The notes beneath the pieces were generated by a model. The model was not told the origin of the DNA, ran no database searches, and saw only the letters and a program-made list of their open reading frames with translations. The position numbers and the translations under genes were made by a program. DNA of 64,000 bases, taken from NCBI GenBank assembly GCA_017626405.1, contig JAGAIS010000007.1:8280-72279 (forward strand). Direction: 5' to 3'. Shown here piece by piece: positions 21,201-29,555 of the stretch; position 1 is the stretch's first letter; the number at the start of each line of letters is the position of its first letter. Origin of the DNA: Bacilli bacterium (lineage in GTDB: Bacteria; Bacillota_I; Bacilli_A; RF39; UBA660).

Positions 21201-22739
21201 ATGAAGAAGTTAATTACAACATTGTTAATATCATTATTTTTTGCTTGCGATGTCAATGCTTTAACAACGATTAATAAGATGGACATCAATGTAAAATTTG
21301 ATGAAGATGGCATTGCAACAGTAAGTGAAGTTTGGTCAATGCCAAAACAGAATTCAAAAGAAATAGATAAGATATTTTATAATACAGGAAGTTCTCAAAT
21401 AACTGATTTGGTAATTACTGATTCTAATAATCACGAATATATTTATGCTAAGAATATTAAGAATAAATTATATAATTACAAACTTGATAGTAGAGGTAAA
21501 AGCAAGTACTTATCAATTAATACTGATGGAAATGAATTAGTGATTAACTTAAGTTATAGGGTTTCTGGAATGATTAAGTCCTATAATGATTTAGATGGTA
21601 TTAATTGGTATTTTCTAAATACGTCTAATGATATGGACGTTAAGTTACTTAATGTTACTATCGAAGATGTGTATCCTTATACGGAAGGTAATGTTGGCCT
21701 ATATGGCATTGGCAATAATATAGATTGTAGCATTAAAGAAGGAAAAGTCTCTTTAAATGCTGAATATTTAGGCACACGTAGTAAAGTACTATTATTAACA
21801 ACATTTACTGATAAAAAATACAATAATACGATAAAAATTAATAGTGATTATAGTGATTACTATAAAAAGAATAAACCATCAATAATAAATGATATAAGAA
21901 ATTTTTTGGCAAGTGAAACTGTTTTAATTCTAATCATCGTATTTACTTTAATAGCAATATTTATAATATTAAAAATCAGTCTTGGAAAAAAGAAAAATAT
22001 ATTTGATTCCATAGTAGTTAAGAGTAAAACTAATCTGATTCGTTCAATAAATGATGCAACTTATAATGAACTCATTCCTTGTGATGGTGATTTTTATCAT
22101 TTAGAGTTCATAGCTTCTTACTTTAATATTACTAAGAGTAGATCTAATATTATTGCAGCGACACTTCTTAGATGGATTATTAATGGACTTGCCGAGATGG
22201 ATTCACAAAATAAAGTTATCATCTTAAAGGAAAATTTAAAATTTACTAATCCATTAGATGAAAAACTATATGAAATACTATTGGGAGCGTGTGGATCTAA
22301 TAAGATAAAGAAGAATACTCTTAATAAATATATTGAAAATAACCAAGAAAGAATTGATGAATGGTTTATATGTATTTATGATTATGCTATAAATAAAGAA
22401 TACAACTTAGGACATATTAAAAAAGGAAAGAGAAAACTAATATTGACTGATGAGACTGTGAAATCAGCAAACGAGCTTATGGGATTGAAGAAATATCTTC
22501 TTAACTTTAATCAGGTTCCAAGAAGAAGTGAATTAACTCCTAAGTTATATGAAGATTTACTTATTGTTGCCTGTCTTTTAGGCCTATCTAAAACTCTATC
22601 TAAAGAAATACTAAGAAAGAATAAAGATAATAGACTAGCTAAGATATTAGAAGAATTCATGAGTGTGCGTGAAATATTACTACCAACATATTTAATTAAG
22701 ACTAATAAAGTAGATTTTGTGCAATCTATAAAGGAGTAG
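21201..22739 (+). CDS. hypothetical single-pass membrane protein with signal peptide (secreted N-domain, TM, cytoplasmic C-domain)
   Basis: Signal peptide, about 230-aa ectodomain, one TM (VLILIIVFTLIAIFIIL), about 250-aa C-terminal domain. Contiguous with pilD. Confidence 0.5.
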   Translation: MKKLITTLLISLFFACDVNALTTINKMDINVKFDEDGIATVSEVWSMPKQNSKEIDKIFYNTGSSQITDLVITDSNNHEYIYAKNIKNKLYNYKLDSRGKSKYLSINTDGNELVINLSYRVSGMIKSYNDLDGINWYFLNTSNDMDVKLLNVTIEDVYPYTEGNVGLYGIGNNIDCSIKEGKVSLNAEYLGTRSKVLLLTTFTDKKYNNTIKINSDYSDYYKKNKPSIINDIRNFLASETVLILIIVFTLIAIFIILKISLGKKKNIFDSIVVKSKTNLIRSINDATYNELIPCDGDFYHLEFIASYFNITKSRSNIIAATLLRWIINGLAEMDSQNKVIILKENLKFTNPLDEKLYEILLGACGSNKIKKNTLNKYIENNQERIDEWFICIYDYAINKEYNLGHIKKGKRKLILTDETVKSANELMGLKKYLLNFNQVPRRSELTPKLYEDLLIVACLLGLSKTLSKEILRKNKDNRLAKILEEFMSVREILLPTYLIKTNKVDFVQSIKE

Positions 22740-23915
22740 ATGATGAACAAGAGAATAATTATTACATCTTTACTATTATTAGTTTTTGTTCTTTTAAGTA
22801 TATTTTTATGCCAAAATGTAACTATTATTGAGAATAATAATAATGGCAATGACATTGATATCAAATTAGAAATAACAAAGGAAGAAACTAGTAATTCAAC
22901 ACATTCTGAAACTACTATTACTGAGATTATGAATAATTCTACTAAAACATCAACTAAAAATAATGATAGTACTACTAAAATAACTAATAAAAAGACAACT
23001 ACAACTTCAAATAATATAAAGAAAAATTTAGTAAGCTATAACGGATGGTTAAGTATTAAAAATAATACATTAGTGAATCAATATGGAGAAAAGATTCAGT
23101 TAAAGGGAATGAGTACTCACGGAATTCAATGGTTTCCTAAATATGCAAATGCTTATGTTATGAGAACATTGAGAGATGAATGGAACTCTAATTTATTTAG
23201 AATTGCTATGTATACGGAAGAAAATGGTTATATAAGTAATCCAACACTCAAAAATAAAGTAGTGGAAGTAGTAAATAATGCGATTAATCTGAATATGTAT
23301 GTAATAATTGATTGGCATATTCTAAGTGATGGAAATCCTCAAACTCATAAAAGCGAAGCTATTGCTTTCTTCAGTGAAATGAGTAGAAAATATAAAAATA
23401 ATCCTAATGTAATTTATGAAATATGTAATGAACCGAATGGAAATGTTACCTGGAATAATGATATCAAACCTTATGCCGAAGAAGTAATAGCAGCAATTAG
23501 AGCAAATTCTCCAAAATCAATTATTATTGTAGGAACTGGAACTTGGAGTCAGGATGTTGATCAAGCAGCTATGAACCCAATTAATGATTCACGTGTTATG
23601 TACGCTTTGCATTTTTATGCTGGTACTCATAAAGAATGGTTAAGAGATAGATGTTCAAATGCATTAAATAAGATACCTATCTTTGTATCTGAATGGGGAA
23701 TGAGTGATGCAAGTGGAAATGGTGGAGTTTATAAAGATGAAGCCGATAAATGGATTTCATTTATGAAAAATAATAACATATCATGGGCTAATTGGTCTCT
23801 TTGTGATAAAAACGAATCATCGGCACTTTTAAAACCGAATACTCCTTCAAATAATATAGATGACTCTTATCTATCAAAAAGTGGTATATATGTTAAACAA
23901 TATATGAAACAATAA
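22740..23915 (+). CDS. glycoside hydrolase family 5 endoglucanase (cellulase-like), N-terminally anchored with a Thr/Asn-rich linker
   Basis: GH5 catalytic motifs ICNEPNG (acid/base) and VSEWGMS (nucleophile). IIDWHIL. N-terminal TM/signal. Confidence 0.8.
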   Translation: MMNKRIIITSLLLLVFVLLSIFLCQNVTIIENNNNGNDIDIKLEITKEETSNSTHSETTITEIMNNSTKTSTKNNDSTTKITNKKTTTTSNNIKKNLVSYNGWLSIKNNTLVNQYGEKIQLKGMSTHGIQWFPKYANAYVMRTLRDEWNSNLFRIAMYTEENGYISNPTLKNKVVEVVNNAINLNMYVIIDWHILSDGNPQTHKSEAIAFFSEMSRKYKNNPNVIYEICNEPNGNVTWNNDIKPYAEEVIAAIRANSPKSIIIVGTGTWSQDVDQAAMNPINDSRVMYALHFYAGTHKEWLRDRCSNALNKIPIFVSEWGMSDASGNGGVYKDEADKWISFMKNNNISWANWSLCDKNESSALLKPNTPSNNIDDSYLSKSGIYVKQYMKQ

Positions 23916-23925
23916 AATCTCAAGA

Positions 23926-25161
23926 TTACTCTTGAGATTTTTTAATTCCTAATTCATAATTGTGACTTCTATTTAACAAATTTTCTAGAGCTTCTAGTTC
24001 TTCGTTAATTGATGATAACCAGAAATCTTTATCGTTACTAGAACTATTAACATATTCATCTACTAATTCATGTATAGTTCGATCTAAATTTTCAATATCT
24101 AGATTGCTCTTATAGTATTCTATTTTTTCAGAAAGATCTAAGTATCTATCTATCGCACTTAACTTTTTATGTTTTTTCAAAGCCTTAGTAATGAAATTTT
24201 CAATAGTAGTGCTAGAGAAATTTAAGTTTTGCATTATCGTTACAACATATTGAATTTCAGATATTTTAAGTGTTTTCTTTAAAATTCCATTCTCTAAATC
24301 ATAATATTTAGATATCATTTGCATTCCCTGATAGTAATCACTTTTTGCAATCATTGGTGTTTGTTCAACCTTAAGTGATCCACAGTTCAATTTTATAGGT
24401 TTTTCATTTGTAGATTTCTTTTTGTTTATTTTTTCCAAGAAACTCTTTAAGGCAAATGGATTTGGATAACCTAGAAGAGAGAATGCCCTCATCATTGATT
24501 CTATATCATATTCTTCATTAGTATTAACTTTATTTAAATATTCATCTTCAATTATACGATGTGCTCTTATAATATCATAAATTTCCATACTATCTAGTTC
24601 GATACTATATATGCCGTTATTAATATTCATTTGAATAATATAAATTGTAGCATTTATCATATCTTTATTATTCATATCCATTTTTCCGAAAAAGCTAAAT
24701 AATTCATTGAAATCATATATTATATCATTGCTTTTTCCAGTTAATACTTTTCTAATTAATCTATTAGTACTTATAAGGGATGCGAAATTATTGACATCTC
24801 TTTTAATAACTTTTGCATGTGCTCGTCTCATCATCCATTTATTTAGCTTTTTACCCGATTCTGATAAATCATCATATAGAGGTTCTAATTCTTCATATTC
24901 TACTCTTAATTCATATTCAGATAAGCTTTGCGAATAATCACCATAGTAAATAGATATTAAATTATTTTTTGCGATTGTCCTTATTATTTCATTTAATAAA
25001 TTATAAACTTTAAGAAAAGTTTTAGATTTTAATTTTTTTACAAAACTTTTTGAATAATAGAAATAGGAATCAGTAATACTATCTATTTGGTCATTAGTAT
25101 AGTTATCCAATATTTGTAATAATTTTTTTATATAAATTGTATTTATCATATATATCCTCAT
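23926..25161 (-). CDS. hypothetical cytoplasmic protein (411 aa)
   Basis: Long ORF on the opposite strand with no recognisable motifs. Confidence 0.45.
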   Translation of the reverse strand: MRIYMINTIYIKKLLQILDNYTNDQIDSITDSYFYYSKSFVKKLKSKTFLKVYNLLNEIIRTIAKNNLISIYYGDYSQSLSEYELRVEYEELEPLYDDLSESGKKLNKWMMRRAHAKVIKRDVNNFASLISTNRLIRKVLTGKSNDIIYDFNELFSFFGKMDMNNKDMINATIYIIQMNINNGIYSIELDSMEIYDIIRAHRIIEDEYLNKVNTNEEYDIESMMRAFSLLGYPNPFALKSFLEKINKKKSTNEKPIKLNCGSLKVEQTPMIAKSDYYQGMQMISKYYDLENGILKKTLKISEIQYVVTIMQNLNFSSTTIENFITKALKKHKKLSAIDRYLDLSEKIEYYKSNLDIENLDRTIHELVDEYVNSSSNDKDFWLSSINEELEALENLLNRSHNYELGIKKSQE

Positions 25162-25288
25162 TTCGTTTAGTAAATAGTATAAGAAAGAATAATATATATT
25201 GTCAACATAAATAACATTGAATTTAAGTGTAAAATATATGCTCTTTAATAGTTCTATTCATGAAATAATGATATAATTATTCTAGGAT

Positions 25289-25609
25289 GTGATTTTTATG
25301 GGATTATTGGATAGAATAATAAATAGAGTAGTAGACAATGTAGCATCAGAAGCATCTAGTGCTATTGGAATAGCAGTAGGTAATACAGTAGAAAGTATGG
25401 CAACTGAAGCAGGAAAATCCCTAACGAATGAATTGAAGGAAAAGAATCAACAAAGAGAATTGGAAATTAAACAAAACGCTATTAATGCTGAATTAAAAAT
25501 GGAAGAACAAAGAAAATCGGCTGATTTGCCAACTCATTGTCCTCATTGTGGTGCTCCAACTAATAAGAATATTGTTTGTGAGTACTGTGAGTGTAAGATA
25601 GTAGAATAA
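25289..25609 (+). CDS. small zinc-ribbon protein (C-terminal CPHCG...CEYCEC)
   Basis: Helical, charged N-terminus with a Cys4 ribbon at the C-terminus. Confidence 0.45.
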   Translation: MIFMGLLDRIINRVVDNVASEASSAIGIAVGNTVESMATEAGKSLTNELKEKNQQRELEIKQNAINAELKMEEQRKSADLPTHCPHCGAPTNKNIVCEYCECKIVE

Positions 25610-25661
25610 TCTTATTCTTTAATACTATTAATTATAATTTGTATGTAATGGAAGTGATATT

Positions 25662-27866
25662 ATGAATAATAAGAAAGTATATTATAGATATTTAGATATA
25701 ATAAGAGCATTTTTTTGTGTAGCTATTCTTTTTTATCACTTAGATATTATCAAGGGTGGTTATTTAGCAGTATGTTCTTTTTTTGCTTTAAGTGGATATT
25801 TATCTGTAATATCTTCGATGAGAAAAGATAATTTCTCACTAAAAGATTTTTACATAAGTAGAATAAAAAAAATATATTTACCTCTAGTAGTGGTTGTCTT
25901 TTTATCAATATCAGCTATTAGCTTATTTGACATCATTTGGTTGAATTTAAAACCAGAGACAACTTCAGTATTACTTGGATTTAATAACTTTTGGCAATTA
26001 AGTGTCAATTTAGATTATTTTGCTCATCATATTGATTCTCCATTTATGCATCTATGGTATGTAGCAATTCTCTTACAGTTTGAACTGATATTCCCACTTA
26101 TATATATTCCTTTAAAAAGGATAGGAGATAAAGTTAATAAACTTCTACCGGGAAATATCATGTTAGTGGTATCTATTTTAGGATATGTATTCTTCTATAG
26201 AATGTGTTTAAAGGGAAACTTAATGCTTCCATACTATAATACATTTACTAGATTATTTTCACTAACTTTTGGTATTTCTTTAGGATTTTTACATGGATAT
26301 TTTAAACCATTAGTTCCTAGAATGTTTAAAAGTAAAAGAATGGTAAATACAATCATGCTTTTATATATGATACTTCTTTCTATCATATTCTTTACTATTG
26401 ATGCATCAAATAAGTATTTCTGTGTTTGTATGTTACTATCTACTTTATTTGCATTAAGATTGATAGATTATTCATGTATAACTAATCTAAATGAGGATAG
26501 TAGAGCAATAAGTATAATTAAATACTTATCAAGTATTAGCTATGAATTATTCTTAGTACAATATCCCGTAATATATTTATTTCAATATATTAAATGGAAT
26601 AGTATTATAGAGATTATACTTATTATAATAATTACATTAGTATTATCATCTATTATTCACTTTGTATTAAAGATTGATAAGAGAAGACCAATACTAAAAA
26701 TAATTATGGCTATTTTAGTTATGACTGGAGTATTCTATGGTGAGTATAAATATGTAATGACGGAAGATCACTCACAAGAAATGAAAGAGTTAGAGAATGA
26801 ATTAAATAAGAATGCTGAAGATGCCAAGAGAAAACAAGAAGAGTATAAGAAAGAATATGAGGAAGCTCAGAAAAAGTATGAGAGTGCTTTAAAAGATCTT
26901 GATAATAATAAAAATAATATAAAGAATGTCGTCGATAATTTGCCAGTTGTTGGTATTGGAGACTCTGTAATGCTAGGTGCTGTTAAGAGTCTTGAAAGTG
27001 TATTTCCAAAAGGAATATTCAATGGTGAAGTATCTCGTACAGCATATGCTGCTAATGATATATTGCTAGAATATAAGAATGCTGGAGTACTGGGAGATTA
27101 TGTAGTTTTCAATCTTGGAACTAACGGAGATTCATCAGCAAAATGCAAAGAAGAGATAATGAATACTTTGGGAAATCGTGAAGTATATTGGTTGACAGTA
27201 ACTAATGATGAAGAAGTCCACTTTAATGATAAAATTAAAGAATATGCAAGTAGATTTGACAATGTCCATGTAATTGACTGGGAAGAAGCATCAAAGGGAC
27301 ATCCAGAATATTTCTATGCCGATGGTATTCACTTAACTCCTCCGGGAAGAAAAGCTTATGCTGAAGTAATCTACAACGCTATCTATGAAAGTGTATTAGA
27401 GAAAATAGAAAAGTTAAGAGGAGAACTAATTCAGAATCATGAAAATAGTACTAAGAATAAAATTACTTTCTATGGAAATGATCTATTACTAAATTCTTAT
27501 AACTTAATAGAAAAATCTTTCTCTAATTCAAACTTTGAAATAGAATCTAATTATACAACAGATGAATTAATAAATAGAATAAATGAAAGCATAGAGAATA
27601 AAACTATAACTAATACTTTAGTATTTATTATTGATTCTACATCAGATATAGATTTTAAAAAAATAATAGAGCTAGTTAAAGATAAAAAAGTTTATATTAT
27701 AACTACTAAAGATATTAGTACTAATGTTGATAATGTTAAAGTTATAAACATAAAGAAATCTTTAGAAGACAATCCAGATTATCTAAGAGCTGATAAAATT
27801 CATTTAACTGATAATGGAAATGAATATCTAAATCAAGTATTAATAGATAATATAAAATCTAGTTAA
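25662..27866 (+). CDS. OatA-like acyltransferase-3 / SGNH hydrolase fusion protein (putative peptidoglycan or polysaccharide O-acetyltransferase) with an extra C-terminal domain
   Basis: N-terminal 10-TM acyltransferase_3 domain. SGNH block I (VVGIGDSVMLGA) and block V (DGIHLTPPG). A second degenerate D-x-x-H-like block (ADKIHLTDNG) lies near the C-terminus. Confidence 0.75.
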   Translation: MNNKKVYYRYLDIIRAFFCVAILFYHLDIIKGGYLAVCSFFALSGYLSVISSMRKDNFSLKDFYISRIKKIYLPLVVVVFLSISAISLFDIIWLNLKPETTSVLLGFNNFWQLSVNLDYFAHHIDSPFMHLWYVAILLQFELIFPLIYIPLKRIGDKVNKLLPGNIMLVVSILGYVFFYRMCLKGNLMLPYYNTFTRLFSLTFGISLGFLHGYFKPLVPRMFKSKRMVNTIMLLYMILLSIIFFTIDASNKYFCVCMLLSTLFALRLIDYSCITNLNEDSRAISIIKYLSSISYELFLVQYPVIYLFQYIKWNSIIEIILIIIITLVLSSIIHFVLKIDKRRPILKIIMAILVMTGVFYGEYKYVMTEDHSQEMKELENELNKNAEDAKRKQEEYKKEYEEAQKKYESALKDLDNNKNNIKNVVDNLPVVGIGDSVMLGAVKSLESVFPKGIFNGEVSRTAYAANDILLEYKNAGVLGDYVVFNLGTNGDSSAKCKEEIMNTLGNREVYWLTVTNDEEVHFNDKIKEYASRFDNVHVIDWEEASKGHPEYFYADGIHLTPPGRKAYAEVIYNAIYESVLEKIEKLRGELIQNHENSTKNKITFYGNDLLLNSYNLIEKSFSNSNFEIESNYTTDELINRINESIENKTITNTLVFIIDSTSDIDFKKIIELVKDKKVYIITTKDISTNVDNVKVINIKKSLEDNPDYLRADKIHLTDNGNEYLNQVLIDNIKSS

Positions 27867-27971
27867 TTAATTTAACTAGATTTTTTTTTAATAGAATGTA
27901 TGTTATAATTAAATCATAGAAATAATGTAGTAGGTTATAAAATTTATTAATTTATACATAATAAATTTGAG

Positions 27972-28283
27972 GTGATTATTTTGGAAGTACTCGACTTAAA
28001 CATTTTGAAAAGTAAATCTAAATCATCCTTTAGAGAATTAGAAAAAGAAGTTTTAGATATTTATGAAATTAAATTTAAAAATACTTATGATGCTGGAATT
28101 ATTCTAAATTATATCATCGAAAAAAAAATATACCAAGTATATTGTTATATATATACTAAAGATCAAGTAGTTTCTGGATTAAAGAGCAAAACGTTTAATA
28201 ATAAAATAAAATCTATTCTATATTTTAATTACTTAAAAATACTTATTAATATAAAAGGATTAAAATTTTTTTTTGAAGATTGA
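27972..28283 (+). CDS. hypothetical protein (103 aa)
   Basis: ORF only; its stop abuts the tandem repeat tract. Confidence 0.3.
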   Translation: MIILEVLDLNILKSKSKSSFRELEKEVLDIYEIKFKNTYDAGIILNYIIEKKIYQVYCYIYTKDQVVSGLKSKTFNNKIKSILYFNYLKILINIKGLKFFFED

Positions 28284-28375
28284 TTACAGTTTTATTACAG
28301 TTTTATTACAGTCTTATTACAGTTTTATTACAGAAATAAAAAAAGATATAAAAAAGATATAAAAAAGATACTCAT
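28283..28375. repeat. two adjacent 11-nt tandem repeat tracts (ATTACAGTTTT x about 4.6, then AGATATAAAAA x about 2.5)
   Basis: Direct reading: ttattacagttttattacagttttattacagtcttattacagttttattacag... aaagatataaaaaagatataaaaaagata. Confidence 0.85.
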
Positions 28376-28522
28376 CGGATATTTACATTTATAAATGGCG
28401 ATATATAATTAAGTAAAATGAATTAATTGTCTGTTGGATGATTAGTTCATTTTTTTATTGGAGTGTGATTATTATGATTGTATGCAATTAAGGATTAATT
28501 ATACTAGAAAAGGACTGATATT

Positions 28523-28858
28523 ATGAAATTTATAAAAATTAAACCTACCAATAACTATAGTAATGAAAAGAGAATTAAACTATTTATAAAAGATAAATAT
28601 TATCTTAATAAAGTAACTTTCACATTAATACTAAATTATCCTTTAGAAATAATTAATGGAATACCTGATGAATTAATAATACCAGTTAATAATGGAATAA
28701 TTAATCAAGCTTATATTAAGAGATTAATTTATAGAGAATCAACTAATAAAGAAGAAATAATAAAAAAATATTTGGATATCCCAAATATTTTTTTATTTAA
28801 AGGGGTTAATTATATTTATACGAATTTAGAAAATTTAATTATAGAAATAGAGGAATAG
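28523..28858 (+). CDS. hypothetical protein, first gene of the Rhs toxin operon
   Basis: 111-aa ORF. Its stop lies 2 nt before the tail-collar gene start. Confidence 0.4.
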   Translation: MKFIKIKPTNNYSNEKRIKLFIKDKYYLNKVTFTLILNYPLEIINGIPDELIIPVNNGIINQAYIKRLIYRESTNKEEIIKKYLDIPNIFLFKGVNYIYTNLENLIIEIEE

Positions 28859-28860
28859 AA

Positions 28861-29529
28861 ATGAATAACGATTTATTTTTTAAAGATTGTTTCACAGAGG
28901 TAGAAGGGGGAATAAATGCCGAGTTTAATAAAGCTACGGTAAAATGTTTTAATTCAACAAATAATGCATTTAGTATGGACTGTGATGGTAACCTAGTCGT
29001 CAATAGTATTATGACAAGAGAAGGTAATTCACAAAATATTGATATTCAAACAGTAGTTGATAAAATCTATCCAATAGGATCAATTTATATGAGTGTAAAC
29101 ACAACAAATCCAAGTACATTATTTGGTGGAACATGGGAGCAAATCAAAGATAGGTTTTTACTATGCTCAGGTGATAAATATACCAATGGATTACAAGGCG
29201 GTGAAGAGACTCATCAATTAAATATTAATGAGATTCCTAGTCATAATCATTTAGTAAATATAAATACTAGTGAAGGCGGATATCATGCTCATAATTTAAG
29301 AAGAGATATGGGAGGAGCTGAATTTGGAATAAGCGGCGGTGGTGCAACGGGTAATGCTTTACATGGTACGTGGACAAATACTAATATATGGCCTAACTCT
29401 ATTGGCGCAGCTGGTAATGGAAATCATATTCATAACGTATATGGATACACTAGTGCTAATGGAGGCAATTTAGCACATAATAATATGCCACCATACTTAA
29501 CTGTATGTGTTTGGAAAAGAGTTGCATAA
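28861..29529 (+). CDS. phage tail-collar domain protein (PF07484-like; microcystin-dependent-protein/baseplate-wedge-like)
   Basis: Motifs IYPIGSIYMS...LFGGTWEQI, GGEETHQLNINEIPSHNH and NNMPPYLTVCVWKR are the hallmark blocks of the tail-collar fold. Confidence 0.7.
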   Translation: MNNDLFFKDCFTEVEGGINAEFNKATVKCFNSTNNAFSMDCDGNLVVNSIMTREGNSQNIDIQTVVDKIYPIGSIYMSVNTTNPSTLFGGTWEQIKDRFLLCSGDKYTNGLQGGEETHQLNINEIPSHNHLVNINTSEGGYHAHNLRRDMGGAEFGISGGGATGNALHGTWTNTNIWPNSIGAAGNGNHIHNVYGYTSANGGNLAHNNMPPYLTVCVWKRVA

Positions 29530-29555
29530 AGCAGCTCTTTTATATAGGAGGAAAA

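Noticed and set aside
22511-22864. Minus-strand ORF spanning the 21201/22740 gene junction
   Set aside because: Overlaps two well-supported + strand genes. No independent evidence.
28283-28375. Possible CRISPR array at the tandem-repeat tract
   Set aside because: The units are 11 nt, directly tandem, without spacers and with no cas genes. It is a simple tandem repeat, not CRISPR.
29505-29555. ORF-track start of the Rhs protein at 29505 (MCLEKSC...)
   Set aside because: It overlaps the tail-collar gene end and lacks an RBS. ATG 29556 is preceded by TAGGAGG at optimal spacing.
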